Shown here: positions 20,429-31,234 of the stretch, in pieces
How positions within the stretch are numbered: position 1 is the stretch's first letter
Layout of the letters: every line of letters begins with the position of its first letter
Origin: a virus
Strand: one strand, 5' to 3'
Virus record (IMG/VR): IMGVR_UViG_3300025280_000023
Location: 1 to 64,000 of that record
Length of the DNA: 64,000 nucleotides
The notes under the pieces: model-generated
The model's database searches: none
What the model was told of the DNA's origin: nothing
What the model saw: the letters and a program-made list of their open reading frames with translations, nothing else
Made by a program: the position numbers and the translations under genes

Positions 20429-22206
20429 TATATAACAACGCCCTGTAGGTCTTTTCCGCTTGATAAAAATCTAATTTCCAAAATTATATCTTCCGGCACG
20501 TCAATAAATCTACCATCCGACGACAATGCCTCCTCTATGTCAAAGCCTGATGACGTATATCCAGTCCCACTCCTTAGTACTATCTTTACATCCCTAGTAT
20601 CTACAACAGAATCAAGCGCATTTAGCGTCTTAAATACTTCCGTCACATAAAATGGAGTGCCAATATCTAATTTTTCCCGATATTTTTCTATCAGGGCCTG
20701 GTAGCACTGTGTCAGCACATCAAACTTGCTAAACTGCAATGAGCCTATAACTGAAAATTCAATGCCAATGTTTACAATCCGGGCATTCAAAATATCTATA
20801 GTGTCATTCATCATCCTATGGGAGTTGATCCATCTTTTTAGATTATTCTTAATATTGATATCCGTCTCAACTAGCGTCTCCGAAGAATTCTCGGAGACGA
20901 CATAGGCGTTTATGTTTCTTCGTAAAGAATCCGAATCTCGCACAACGTTTACTCTTTTAACAGATCCAAATTTTGGATCCATTCTATAGCACAGCGAGAT
21001 ATAGTCCTGGCGCGTGACCGCTCTATTCTGAGTCGCAAAAGAATCTATCGCCCTTCTCTTCACATCGTCATCGGATAAGATAGGGTTATTATTTAAGATA
21101 GATCTTTCATTCGTTATCTCTAGACTCGATCGAACACTGGCTCTTTCGGAGGCAGATGTTCCGCCGTTTAAAAAGTCCATTAAAAAATTTCCCACTGTGC
21201 TTAATCTGCCCACCGGAACGTTGATAATGGGCCTGGGATTATACCTGTACGTAACAGATAGAGTCGTATTACTAGGTGCGACTCCAAACTTATCACTATT
21301 GGTGATTCTTGCAGGATCGAAGCTATCATCTTTGACATAGTTTTTCCCAAATACATCTAACACTATATTTCTCGGATTTTCTATTTTGTCCGGTGAGCCA
21401 TATCCAAATATTACTGACGTTAAAGAGTCCTCTCGGTCTACAATAAATCTTCTTGGGACGTTAACTTCCCTCATTAGATAAGGAACCAACCTGTTGTTTA
21501 CAGAGTTGGTATTTCTAACCGATCTATATACAATATTCTGGCTCAAAAAATCTACTTCGAAATATTCGTTTCCTTCAGAGTCTTCGATCTTTATAATTTC
21601 AGTCGCATTCGGTCTGCTAAGTGTCAATCTTAGGAAGTCTTCTTGTGCCTCTACCACAAACGAATCCGTCTGTAGGTTCCCCCCTACAACCTGCCCAAAG
21701 GCCTTCAGGGCGTATCTTGTAACCACCCCGGTGGTTCCGTCTTGTGAGTCTACAACGGTCAACAAGTCTTTTTGTCGAAAATCAACATCTTCTGCTAGCG
21801 TAAATAACGTGCCATCCGCCGCATTAAATGTTGCGCCCTGCCTTAGAGAAGGTAGGTAGTTCAGGTCTGGTCCGTTTCCATCTGCATTCGCTTGGACACT
21901 TATATAAAACGCCGCCGTTCCAAACGGTTTAGTGGAGCCTCCTAACCTAAACCCAAATTGCTTTGCCAACTTTAAAATATTTTTTCTTTCAATCGCCGTA
22001 GACAAAAACGATTCATTTGCTTGATAATCTACATGCCAAGATAAAACATCTCCCACATAAGCGACAAGATCAAGCATCATAGCGCCAAAGGAAGCTTCGT
22101 TAAAGTCTTGAAATGTATCCGGATAATATTTTTTAGCATACTCCGTCAATTCATTTTTAATAGAAGCAAAATCCCTATTGGTATATTTTATAATCGGCTT
22201 TGCCAT
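20428..22206 (-). CDS. Baseplate wedge subunit (T4 gp6 / P2 gpJ-like)
   Basis: 592 aa. YTNRDFASIKNEL...DFNEASFGAMMLDLVAYVGDVLSWHVDYQANESFLSTA and QNRAVTRQDY are gp6-family signatures. Adjacent to the gp25-like gene. Confidence 0.88.
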   Translation of the reverse strand: MAKPIIKYTNRDFASIKNELTEYAKKYYPDTFQDFNEASFGAMMLDLVAYVGDVLSWHVDYQANESFLSTAIERKNILKLAKQFGFRLGGSTKPFGTAAFYISVQANADGNGPDLNYLPSLRQGATFNAADGTLFTLAEDVDFRQKDLLTVVDSQDGTTGVVTRYALKAFGQVVGGNLQTDSFVVEAQEDFLRLTLSRPNATEIIKIEDSEGNEYFEVDFLSQNIVYRSVRNTNSVNNRLVPYLMREVNVPRRFIVDREDSLTSVIFGYGSPDKIENPRNIVLDVFGKNYVKDDSFDPARITNSDKFGVAPSNTTLSVTYRYNPRPIINVPVGRLSTVGNFLMDFLNGGTSASERASVRSSLEITNERSILNNNPILSDDDVKRRAIDSFATQNRAVTRQDYISLCYRMDPKFGSVKRVNVVRDSDSLRRNINAYVVSENSSETLVETDINIKNNLKRWINSHRMMNDTIDILNARIVNIGIEFSVIGSLQFSKFDVLTQCYQALIEKYREKLDIGTPFYVTEVFKTLNALDSVVDTRDVKIVLRSGTGYTSSGFDIEEALSSDGRFIDVPEDIILEIRFLSSGKDLQGVVI

Positions 22207-22613
22207 TAAACGACTCCTCCAATAAGTTTTGTATCAACAACGATAGTATCGCTAACTCCAAAGTTAGAAATCGAATAGACTATTTCCATCCTAAGCATGT
22301 TCAGAGGCAAGGTCGGCAATTCATCACGAGTAGTGAATGTAATTTCTTTCAGGTTTATAAACGGCATATATTTTTTAACTTGTGAATAAGATTCTCTTTC
22401 AATTTTATTTGCCACTTCGGAGTTAAAATTTTCAAATAAAAAATTCCTAAGCCCTACGCCAAAAGAAGGAAGCATTACTCGCTCTCCCTTGGATGTTAAA
22501 AATAAATTTTTAATATTTTGTTTTATTGCGTCACGAAGCGTCTTGTTAAGCCTATACGGACCGTCAATCGGATCATAACGAAGCGGTAATGCTGGTGATA
22601 TTCCTGAAGCCAT
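22206..22613 (-). CDS. Baseplate wedge / sheath initiator (T4 gp25 / gpW-like)
   Basis: 135 aa. IKQNIKNLFLTSKGERVMLPSFGVGLRNFLFE is the GPW_gp25 signature. RBS GAGG. Confidence 0.9.
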   Translation of the reverse strand: MASGISPALPLRYDPIDGPYRLNKTLRDAIKQNIKNLFLTSKGERVMLPSFGVGLRNFLFENFNSEVANKIERESYSQVKKYMPFINLKEITFTTRDELPTLPLNMLRMEIVYSISNFGVSDTIVVDTKLIGGVV

Positions 22614-22623
22614 TAAAGTTCCT

Positions 22624-22633
22624 CTAAATAATT
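22624..22633 (-). promoter_or_regulatory. Candidate late-promoter motif variant (AATTATTTAG)
   Basis: Directly upstream of the RBS of the gp25-like gene, inside a 51-nt gap. Confidence 0.35.
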
Positions 22634-22664
22634 ATTACGACAAATGATTTATGACCTAAGTTCT

Positions 22665-25600
22665 TTAGGTCTCAAACGACTCATTGGACCAGTCGGGCGG
22701 CCTAGTTATCGGCTTCGTTAGATTATGGAGAATAACGGTCATCTTTGATATCATCGTGGACAAATCCGCATAATTACCAGATATCTTAGATACGCTCTCA
22801 AGAGTTTTTGACCTTTCTAAGAAAAACGCCCCGTAAGACATTGAAACCAATTGCAGGGGAATAACATACCTAAAGAAGTACTTGAACTCATCCGTCTCTA
22901 TAAGCCTTTTCTTTAGCAATGGGTTATAGTTGTCCAGCCCGATTAATATACTCTTGTTTTCTACATCTCCAGCGCAAGACTTATTGAACAAAGAATAAAA
23001 TTTAAAGAACTTCTCCTTAATAGAATAAAAATCCCTAACCGCCTCCCCGGCGTAGAATAGGTGGTAGCCATATGATCTATTTATATTTTTATCGCCAAAC
23101 GTATGGAGAGCCAGTATTGCCCACTGCATCCTCTCCAGCCAGTACGTTTTGTACTCTCGCAATGAAGGCGTGTCCGCAAACCAAGGTAAGCTTTCAGGAT
23201 AAATCGAAAGGTGAGGATCATCGGAGTGTAGGCTGGTGGGCGTTTCCCCCAATAAACAATTAAAAAACGCAGGCGGCAAAACGTCGGTCCTAAGATCTTT
23301 TGTCATGTCCTGCTTAGGGAAAAGATCCCAATAAGCCTGTATGTAGGAATTTATTTGTATGATGCTATAGTGGTAGCTCTCATCGTCATCGCTAAGAAAA
23401 GCACCTGTGGTCTGTTTTAATGCCGGCCAATCATTCCATTTCCCACTTTCAAATTCTAAGCTTGCGCGTCTTTTTAAAAATCCGAGAGGGCCTATATATG
23501 CACTCTGTTTGTTATTGCCAAATTTTCCACTCATAGGCGGCCCCTCTACAAAATTAAAAAGTTGCGGCGTCCATGGGCTTGCGCCGGGTGCCGTCGCTCC
23601 TTCTCCAACATCGCCGTCCCCTTCCAAAACCCTACAAAAGTGTACCTCATAATCAATAAACATAGTAGCGATTTTATCAAGAGCGTTCTTCAAGTTTGCT
23701 CTATCATATGCCAAAATATTGATGGACTTAAGCTTGTCTTGTTCATTTTCCAGTAGCTTTTTTACTTCCCGTATATCCTCGGAGAGCCTTAGTGTGTTTA
23801 ACCACCCATATCCATCATGAGACGGGCCAACATCCATTATATCTCCTGTTTTTCTATTTTCCATTGTCCAGTTATGTATGACATTGGCCTTATCTCGTGC
23901 AAAACCACCACTAAACTCACCGCCACCAAACGGACCGTCGGGAACATCTTCCGGAGGCGTAGTGCCATCGCCATAAAAAGTTAGTTCTTCGGTGGTTAAC
24001 CGCGCCCCTTTCATGTGATCAACTGTTATGTCGGCCCCTAAATTTTGCGTAATTGTTGGAACCTTTCCAGGTATCCAAGTCCCAAGTGTTTTCCAGCCCT
24101 CCAGCGCAACGTAATAATCTACTTGTGGAAAAAAGGTCTTCTTGGTGAAGCCATCGACCACCGCCGGAACTCCCGTTACATTTTTCTTTTCTTGTGCATA
24201 ATTTTTTTCTGTCAACTCGTTCCATAATATTTTCTTATTACCATCAGTCTTAAAAATTATTTTATATAATTCATCGTCGACAATCATCTCCGCTTCGCCA
24301 TCGGGCGTATCTAAAAGAAACGTGTGATCCTCATTGAGACCACTAACACTATCAAGAGAGTCGGGCCCACTATCCCCGGCCGTTAGCCTAGGGTTCTCAT
24401 TTCTTAAATGATTAAAAATAGATTTGCCATTCGGCGTTACAAATTCATCAATGTTTTTGTTTTCATTCCAATAAGTAAACAAGTTCTCTCCGGCTTCTAT
24501 AAGCTCTTCAAACGTTCCCCCCTGTAGATCGCTCTCTAGAATCGTTGTCCTGGCGATTTCAATCGGATGATAAATGATCAAGGCGTCCTCGTGTTTCTGA
24601 AAGAGGTCGCTCGTCTCCTCTATATTGTCATCTAAAAACCCGGACAACTCGGCAGTCTCATCCAAGGGTTCCTCTGGCATCCACCTTGGCTTCACTAATT
24701 CCATTCTAAAATATTCTTTATTTCTCATCGCGTGTTGCCAGGTCTTTTCTGTAAAATGGCCCCACGGAGATGAGCCAAAGCTTACTTTTATAGGGTTTTT
24801 AAGTTTTTTATCAATTATGGTTATAATGTTCTCGTTGATTTCACTTATAAGAACCTGCTTTTTTTCTAGAGTATCCGCTCCATCGAGTTCAAGTACAAGA
24901 TCGCTTAACTCAGAAAAATCATCGCCGTCAAGAGCAACTTCTGATCCAACGAACGATTCATATTCTTTTTTACAATCTACCGTCTCTGCTCCATCCAGCA
25001 CAGAGTTTAAGGTTGGTGAAACAGCCATTAGGCGCAATCCGACAGCGGCCGTTGAGACCAATTTTTGATCAGTGTCACTAATTGCAGGATCGGGCGCAAG
25101 GTATACCGTAAACTTCCCATCTTCCTCCGTGGTATAGGCATTGTTTACAAAATAATCAAAATTTATTACCCATTTTTGACCATCTTCAAACTCAACATCA
25201 ATAAACCTCTCCAGATAGAAGGTTCTTCTGAAGAACGGGATTAAATCCTTGGTAACCCACCCCTTGTCCTTGATAACGGAGTCGTCAAGATCCTCGTCGT
25301 CACTCCAGTATCCTCCCCCGTCATCATCTTTCCATCCGTATTCCAAGGGCCCATACGCGCCCTTTCTATCTACTATATAATGCGTATTCGGGGCGACTTG
25401 ATGGAGTATACCACTCTTGGCAAAACTTTCTTGAATCATCGAGTTGTACGATATTTTATCATTGGCTCTTCCAAATGTGGAATTAATTATATCATTCGGA
25501 ACACTTACATCACCATCAAGAATCTTATACGATGGATAAAATGTATACGGAGAATCTATAATTGCAAGGTGTTCTATGAGCAGTTCATCAATGTCAAAAT

Positions 25601-25991
25601 TGAACGGTGCGTCCCACTCAAACAATTCTCCTATTGCGCTATTGATCAAAGACTCAGTTTCTTTCGCAAATCTTTTTCCAACTCCAGAAATGTTGTCTAA
25701 GACAATTTTTGTCTCCTCCATGATTATATCTTGGATGCTTTCTTCTATGCTAAGATATTCATAAAATATTTTTAAGAGTCCGGGCTCCGTTGCCATCAAC
25801 ATTTCTTCAATTGTTTTTGCTATTATTGATGCAAAAAAAGACCCGCCCTCATTATTAGGAGTTAGATCCGAATGGAGCAGGAATTGAAATGAGGCCGATA
25901 TTTTCTCCAGTGCAAGGATCCTTGCCTTAACTCGTAACAAACCTATAATATTATGTTTTTTATGATTATTTGCAGTTTCAAGTGGGTTCAT
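22665..25991 (-). CDS. Large hypothetical acidic protein in the baseplate region
   Basis: 1108-aa ORF starting 1 nt after the upstream stop (TAAaATG). No family recognised. Confidence 0.7.
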   Translation of the reverse strand: MNPLETANNHKKHNIIGLLRVKARILALEKISASFQFLLHSDLTPNNEGGSFFASIIAKTIEEMLMATEPGLLKIFYEYLSIEESIQDIIMEETKIVLDNISGVGKRFAKETESLINSAIGELFEWDAPFNFDIDELLIEHLAIIDSPYTFYPSYKILDGDVSVPNDIINSTFGRANDKISYNSMIQESFAKSGILHQVAPNTHYIVDRKGAYGPLEYGWKDDDGGGYWSDDEDLDDSVIKDKGWVTKDLIPFFRRTFYLERFIDVEFEDGQKWVINFDYFVNNAYTTEEDGKFTVYLAPDPAISDTDQKLVSTAAVGLRLMAVSPTLNSVLDGAETVDCKKEYESFVGSEVALDGDDFSELSDLVLELDGADTLEKKQVLISEINENIITIIDKKLKNPIKVSFGSSPWGHFTEKTWQHAMRNKEYFRMELVKPRWMPEEPLDETAELSGFLDDNIEETSDLFQKHEDALIIYHPIEIARTTILESDLQGGTFEELIEAGENLFTYWNENKNIDEFVTPNGKSIFNHLRNENPRLTAGDSGPDSLDSVSGLNEDHTFLLDTPDGEAEMIVDDELYKIIFKTDGNKKILWNELTEKNYAQEKKNVTGVPAVVDGFTKKTFFPQVDYYVALEGWKTLGTWIPGKVPTITQNLGADITVDHMKGARLTTEELTFYGDGTTPPEDVPDGPFGGGEFSGGFARDKANVIHNWTMENRKTGDIMDVGPSHDGYGWLNTLRLSEDIREVKKLLENEQDKLKSINILAYDRANLKNALDKIATMFIDYEVHFCRVLEGDGDVGEGATAPGASPWTPQLFNFVEGPPMSGKFGNNKQSAYIGPLGFLKRRASLEFESGKWNDWPALKQTTGAFLSDDDESYHYSIIQINSYIQAYWDLFPKQDMTKDLRTDVLPPAFFNCLLGETPTSLHSDDPHLSIYPESLPWFADTPSLREYKTYWLERMQWAILALHTFGDKNINRSYGYHLFYAGEAVRDFYSIKEKFFKFYSLFNKSCAGDVENKSILIGLDNYNPLLKKRLIETDEFKYFFRYVIPLQLVSMSYGAFFLERSKTLESVSKISGNYADLSTMISKMTVILHNLTKPITRPPDWSNESFET

Positions 25992-25992
25992 T

Positions 25993-28900
25993 TTATTCCT
26001 TCTTTAGTTTTAGCAACTCATTTCTTAATTTATCAAAAACACTCGACTTAATAGAAGATATATCAAGTAGGTCTTTCCAGACATCCTCTTCAAAGATCTT
26101 CTTTCTTAAGCTGTTTATTTTTGTATAATGTGGATTCATATAATAAGACTCTTGCATATAAAACGGTTCAAACTTATATGACTCTTCTAACAAGCACATT
26201 TCCGTTTGCACATATTTATCCGGTTTTATTCCTATCGAATAATTGTACCTTTGGGCCCTCATGATAGGGTTTCTCATCCACATAAATACCCTTATATTAT
26301 TCGGTACTTCCTCGCCATTATTGTCCTCCTTAAAGAGGCTCCCGTCGTCACTCCCTTTAAGCGCTAACGCCGCGCTATGAATACCGGCCTTCTCCGTCCC
26401 TCCGGGCAAGGTCGCCGCAAATGGGTCAAATTGAACTTGTACATAGTTGTTAAACTCATTTGTTAGGTCAATGGCGCTCTGGGCTTCTACATCAATATAA
26501 TTTTCCTTATATGGGGTAATAAACATCAACAAGGAGCCACAAACCCATTCTTCAAACGGGACCTCTTCATCATCATAATAAATATTTCTGCCGTATAGCT
26601 TATCAAAAAACCCTTCCTTAGATCCACCAGGATCTTCCGCGTCGGTCCTAACTAGTGGGGTGTTGCCCTCGCCATTTGTATCGTTTAATTCAGCAGTCCC
26701 AAACTGGGCTATCATCTTATCAGTGTACCACTGCCTAAATGTTTTAAACGGGGACCTGCATTGCAACTCTTCCGGCAATACTCCGGCAAATTTCTCCGTT
26801 GTTTCAATTTTCCCTTCCGCCGGCTCGCCAAAGACCGGATCGACGTTATCTCTAATGATCTCCAGTTCGTATTCTACTTTTCCAGGGAGAAAAATATTCG
26901 TTTCGCTCGTTGTTTTAATAGTATCAGGATACTCCCTAAGCGGCTTCCAGTCGCCAAAATATTTGTCTTGCTCTATCTCCGACCCTAGTTTCGAAGCAAG
27001 GTCAACAAATCTACTATATTTGTACTCTTCATCCGTAAGCCTTCCATCTTTCCAGATAGGGGGCCTATTAAGAATGCCCAAGATATCTTTCGTAAGCACT
27101 ACTTTTAATTTTGGCTCATCCCGAAGCAATTCAAAAGAATAAGTGGGATCAAAAATTTCCGCGTCTCCTACATCTTGATACTTTTTCGCATGTTGATACT
27201 TGTAGCTCGTAATTTCCCCTTGGTTATTTTTTTCAAAAATGAACCCTGCGCCACTTTTTCTTCTTGGGTTTTGACCTTTTGAATCCCAGGAGTATGCGGG
27301 CTGGTAGGCTCTTGGAAGTTTCCCATCAAGCTCCCACTCGTTAGCCTCTTTTCCAAAGTCTAGATAGTCAATCCCCTCGGGGGCATTGTATTCTAAATAA
27401 AAATTGCCTCCACGTTGAAATCTAGATAGCCATCCATACGCAAGATAGCCTCCAATTACCGGAAAAAGTAAATTTGCACCAAGTGATCCCCAAGACACCC
27501 ATGGATTATAATAAGTCCTTCTTAACTCTGCGGAACTCCTAATGAAGTCCTTCTTCATCTGGTCCGCATCTCCCCTCTCTATTGTCTTTGATAGGCCAGA
27601 TAGCGCCGAGGCACCACTGCCTCCCGTTAGAGTTACCGCACTCGTAAGTCTTCCTTGTCCAATCATCCCCAGAAGCCCATAGCCCGCATAGGACATTGCA
27701 GACGAAGGATTGTCGCTAGAAGCGGCTTCCAGGGGCAGGCCATAAGATAGGCATTTTTCGTAGATAGAAGTGTCGCACAGTTTGTATATTGGAGATAATA
27801 TCCTCATTTCTGTTATTTCTGCCCTATTGAAACCAAGAGAGAGAAATACTTCATAATCTTCTTCGGCTTTCACATCAAAGTCGGGTTGGTACGCTCTCCA
27901 GAGGGCCGCTTGACTCATATCTCCTAGTAATTCAGAAAAATTAGACTCCTCTTTAGATCTTAGCGTGGTTATAAACTGCGTGTCAATCGAATCAAACAAG
28001 AAATTCAATGCCGCCGAGGCGGTTTCTTGGACAAGAGGGATTTCATTCGCGTTAAAAAGAAGCCTAATTATATCAAAAACAGTTATAGGTGTATCAAATT
28101 TATCGCAAATATCCGTAATAGTATCAACAACTTTCTGTGTTTCTAATTCAATCTGCTCCTGTGCCTCAGCGGGCAGATCACTATAAAAGGCGGTGGCTTG
28201 ATCAAACTTATCAACCGGATCACAGTCTTCAGGATGTTCGTCTTCTCGGAGTTCAAAGTCTTCATCTGCCAATACGGTCCCAGCGGCCTTGAATAACAAT
28301 TCGGCCTCTCTTGAAGATAGCGGTATTTTGAACTCTTCAATAATAAAATCTAGAGTCTGCCTAATTGATCTTGATGTGTCTCCCTTGAATAGCCTGTGGA
28401 GATTTTCTCTGCTGAATGTTATATCAACCGCTTGCACAAGCTTTCTATACTCGTCTACAGAAATATCAAATCCAAAATTTTCAATATTAGATGTTACAAA
28501 ATCATCAAAATTTTGAATAGCATCCTTTGATAAGGTAGATAAGGCAAAAATCCCTCCTTCAACTTCCGCTACATTCTTTCTAAATCTCGCGTCATCGCTC
28601 AAGAGTGCCAGTGTGCTCATTGCACCAATATTTCCAATCTTTTGTCCAGCAGACCCACAATCCAATGCAAAAAACTCATCAATCTTGTCCAAGCTTAAAT
28701 CGCACGTATCAAGACCAAGCTGTTTGAGCAGAAAGTTTATTAACAAATAAACAGCCGATATTATCGCAAACATGATCAGCTTCTTTAAAAGCCTTTCGAT
28801 CTTTAGCGGATCTAAAATATTTTCGAATCTCAGATTCTTGAGATAAACAACAAACTGCTTAATCAGGTTAACTGTTGCCTCTATTTGGTTTACACTGTCT

Positions 28901-30255
28901 GCTATTTGACACACAAGGTACTTTTTAAAATCTTCCGTACCAAAAATACATTTTATAACATCGTTTCTTTCAAGAAGACTATCCGGGATGGCCTCCAATG
29001 TTAGTTTCGCCACAACCATGACGATTACCTTCCAGTCGAGCTTGTTAACCATCCTATCATATAAAGTATCAAGAATGCCGGCTGGATCTGTTATAAAGTT
29101 GGTCGCTTCGAGCAAGTCGTCAAGGCAGCGTCCTCCTTGCCCACCAAGACCAAGCTTGCTTAAGAGATCTTTGTTCCTTGAGGCGTAATTAAAGGCCTTG
29201 TACGCATCTTTTAAAGGTATCCCCTTGTCTGTAGCATATGTGGTTATCTGTTCTTTCTTTGCTAGTGCATCTTTTGAAGTCTCAAAAGCGGGCTCCTGCT
29301 GCCCGAAAACCGTCCAGTCCTGCGCAAATCCCAGGGCTTCTAGTTCCGGTGTCGCCCAGACTGCGCTCAAAAGCTCGGTGGTTTCTTTGGGCAACCCAAG
29401 TTGCTCTAAGGCAGTATTCTTACCAGATAGGATACTGTTGAACTTGTCCATATTTTCACTAACGCCCGCAACAAAGCCGGCAACATGATCTCTTTCCTCT
29501 TGTTGCGCCTCTGCCTTAGATGCAAATTCAGCAGTGTGCAGAGTTATCACCTTTGTGACAGGAAGAAGAACTTGCTGGTTCGATACGCCCTCCACCTTTT
29601 GTGGAGATTTGACTAAGAGTGAGTCATTTTTAAAAAAAGATTTCGGATGAGCAACATCGCCAGGATCCTTATATATACTAAGGATCACCCCAAGCGTATC
29701 AGTAAACTTTTTTGATATACCAATAGTCAACTCTTCGTTTATTCCCTCATCGACCGGCGCATACCCTATAATTTCTGACGCGCTTTTTGCGACGATCCAT
29801 CCTCTACTCGTACTTGAGCACCTAGCAACCCTAATCGCCGGTCCAAGGGGATTAATTATTTGCGGGGAATCAGCATCAATGGCAGACGCCCCTTCGAGTC
29901 CCAAAATCTCATTCGCGTCAATAGCAAATAGGAACCTATAGATTCTAAATCCAGCGATCTTAATGGGTTCCACATATATCGCTGGATTCCCCGTGGACTC
30001 ATCATTTGGTATTGTTAGGAACACTTGCGCATTAGGATCTCTTTGAAACCTATCTAATATGTTATCAAGTGCTTTTTTTCGTGCCTTGTCGGTTGTTTTA
30101 TCTTTATCAACAGAGCCGCCCTGCGTTAGAACAGCCGTTACTTTTACAGTCGTGAATACAAAATTTTTATCGGTCGTATACCAAATCTTGTCTTCATTAT
30201 TCCGCCAGTCTATCGTATCAATCGCGGTATCTATGTAATATACAATATCGTTCAT
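25993..30255 (-). CDS. Large hypothetical protein in the baseplate region (about 1420 aa)
   Basis: The ORF track starts at 30333. The in-frame ATG at 30255 (MNDIVYY) follows the upstream stop as TAAaATG and is more plausible. The middle region is helical, with a hydrophobic segment LIMFAIISAVYLLINFLL. Confidence 0.7.
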   Translation of the reverse strand: MNDIVYYIDTAIDTIDWRNNEDKIWYTTDKNFVFTTVKVTAVLTQGGSVDKDKTTDKARKKALDNILDRFQRDPNAQVFLTIPNDESTGNPAIYVEPIKIAGFRIYRFLFAIDANEILGLEGASAIDADSPQIINPLGPAIRVARCSSTSRGWIVAKSASEIIGYAPVDEGINEELTIGISKKFTDTLGVILSIYKDPGDVAHPKSFFKNDSLLVKSPQKVEGVSNQQVLLPVTKVITLHTAEFASKAEAQQEERDHVAGFVAGVSENMDKFNSILSGKNTALEQLGLPKETTELLSAVWATPELEALGFAQDWTVFGQQEPAFETSKDALAKKEQITTYATDKGIPLKDAYKAFNYASRNKDLLSKLGLGGQGGRCLDDLLEATNFITDPAGILDTLYDRMVNKLDWKVIVMVVAKLTLEAIPDSLLERNDVIKCIFGTEDFKKYLVCQIADSVNQIEATVNLIKQFVVYLKNLRFENILDPLKIERLLKKLIMFAIISAVYLLINFLLKQLGLDTCDLSLDKIDEFFALDCGSAGQKIGNIGAMSTLALLSDDARFRKNVAEVEGGIFALSTLSKDAIQNFDDFVTSNIENFGFDISVDEYRKLVQAVDITFSRENLHRLFKGDTSRSIRQTLDFIIEEFKIPLSSREAELLFKAAGTVLADEDFELREDEHPEDCDPVDKFDQATAFYSDLPAEAQEQIELETQKVVDTITDICDKFDTPITVFDIIRLLFNANEIPLVQETASAALNFLFDSIDTQFITTLRSKEESNFSELLGDMSQAALWRAYQPDFDVKAEEDYEVFLSLGFNRAEITEMRILSPIYKLCDTSIYEKCLSYGLPLEAASSDNPSSAMSYAGYGLLGMIGQGRLTSAVTLTGGSGASALSGLSKTIERGDADQMKKDFIRSSAELRRTYYNPWVSWGSLGANLLFPVIGGYLAYGWLSRFQRGGNFYLEYNAPEGIDYLDFGKEANEWELDGKLPRAYQPAYSWDSKGQNPRRKSGAGFIFEKNNQGEITSYKYQHAKKYQDVGDAEIFDPTYSFELLRDEPKLKVVLTKDILGILNRPPIWKDGRLTDEEYKYSRFVDLASKLGSEIEQDKYFGDWKPLREYPDTIKTTSETNIFLPGKVEYELEIIRDNVDPVFGEPAEGKIETTEKFAGVLPEELQCRSPFKTFRQWYTDKMIAQFGTAELNDTNGEGNTPLVRTDAEDPGGSKEGFFDKLYGRNIYYDDEEVPFEEWVCGSLLMFITPYKENYIDVEAQSAIDLTNEFNNYVQVQFDPFAATLPGGTEKAGIHSAALALKGSDDGSLFKEDNNGEEVPNNIRVFMWMRNPIMRAQRYNYSIGIKPDKYVQTEMCLLEESYKFEPFYMQESYYMNPHYTKINSLRKKIFEEDVWKDLLDISSIKSSVFDKLRNELLKLKKE

Positions 30256-30256
30256 T

Positions 30257-31216
30257 TTAATTTGTGTTATTATGCCTGCTGCATATATAGTCCCTACTCC
30301 CAGGCGATAAGTATGCCACTCTCGAAGTTTCACAATTAACTTTTGTGGTTACCTCATCAAATATAACTAAGACGTCCTCAAATAGCGCCTGCAACTCGGC
30401 CAGGGCCAGTTCTACGCTGGCTGCCGCTATCTTACCGGGGCCGACCGGGTTGGGGATGACCGCATGCGTATGTGCACCCACAACACTGGCCACTGCGACG
30501 TTTGTTCTCACTATCTGCGCCACCGTGGATGTTAGCTTCAATATTAAATCGTATATTTCATCCAAAGCGCTTACGAGATTTTTGCCTTTGGCGAGAGGCT
30601 GGAGGCCTCCGCTATCATTGCCAGCAATTAAATCTATGCCTAGGGTCTTAATATTCCCTCTGCTGTCCCCCGTGGTATAATTTGTAATCTTTGTGACTAA
30701 CTTAATTCCTTCACTAGCCATAATTCTAACATTGTCTGCTTTCATGGCGACAACGGATTTGCCTCTTCTTGAGCCAATGCTTCCCGGGGCTACTGCAAAG
30801 TTATCATCCACGTCACTTTTTTGACTAATATATAGGCGCGCAGCGTCACTCGAAAAACTAGGATGGTATCCAACCTCATCTAACACTTTTTCGGGGTCTA
30901 CTTTTCTGGGGGCGACCCCGCCACGTCCAACAACTAGATCGATCGTTGCACAGGCCCGGTCCCCCTCTCCTCCATAACCTGTTCCATATCCAGCAGGTCT
31001 ATCTCGTCCCAAAACTATCCAAGAGTTTAAATTATTCGTGATAGTTAAATCTGCCTCGGCCTCAAAGTATAGAGGATGGACGATCTTTGAAGAATACGTA
31101 CACCCAGTACCTTCATTTGGATCGTCGTGACCAGCAAGTTGTCGCCTTCTAAGTTCCTCTCCTTTCTCCGGAGAGTGCGTCAATGGATCATATTCTACGA
31201 CAAAATGTTTTGCCAT
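30257..31216 (-). CDS. Putative baseplate central spike (gp5/gpV-like C-terminal region)
   Basis: 319 aa with RBS GGGAGG. Beta-rich stretch followed by LQPLAKGKNLVSALDEI...GAHTHA; an HxH motif like this occurs at metal-binding spike tips. Lies upstream of the gp25/gp6-like genes. Confidence 0.5.
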   Translation of the reverse strand: MAKHFVVEYDPLTHSPEKGEELRRRQLAGHDDPNEGTGCTYSSKIVHPLYFEAEADLTITNNLNSWIVLGRDRPAGYGTGYGGEGDRACATIDLVVGRGGVAPRKVDPEKVLDEVGYHPSFSSDAARLYISQKSDVDDNFAVAPGSIGSRRGKSVVAMKADNVRIMASEGIKLVTKITNYTTGDSRGNIKTLGIDLIAGNDSGGLQPLAKGKNLVSALDEIYDLILKLTSTVAQIVRTNVAVASVVGAHTHAVIPNPVGPGKIAAASVELALAELQALFEDVLVIFDEVTTKVNCETSRVAYLSPGSRDYICSRHNNTN

Positions 31217-31234
31217 GTCACGGCCTCCCGATAG

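Noticed and set aside
1438-30333. Stop-codon reassignment or programmed frameshift joining adjacent large ORFs (601+946 aa; 1420+1108 aa)
   Set aside because: TAA, TAG and TGA all end genes at tight junctions, the ORF pairs are in different frames with their own start codons, and no convincing slippery site was seen.
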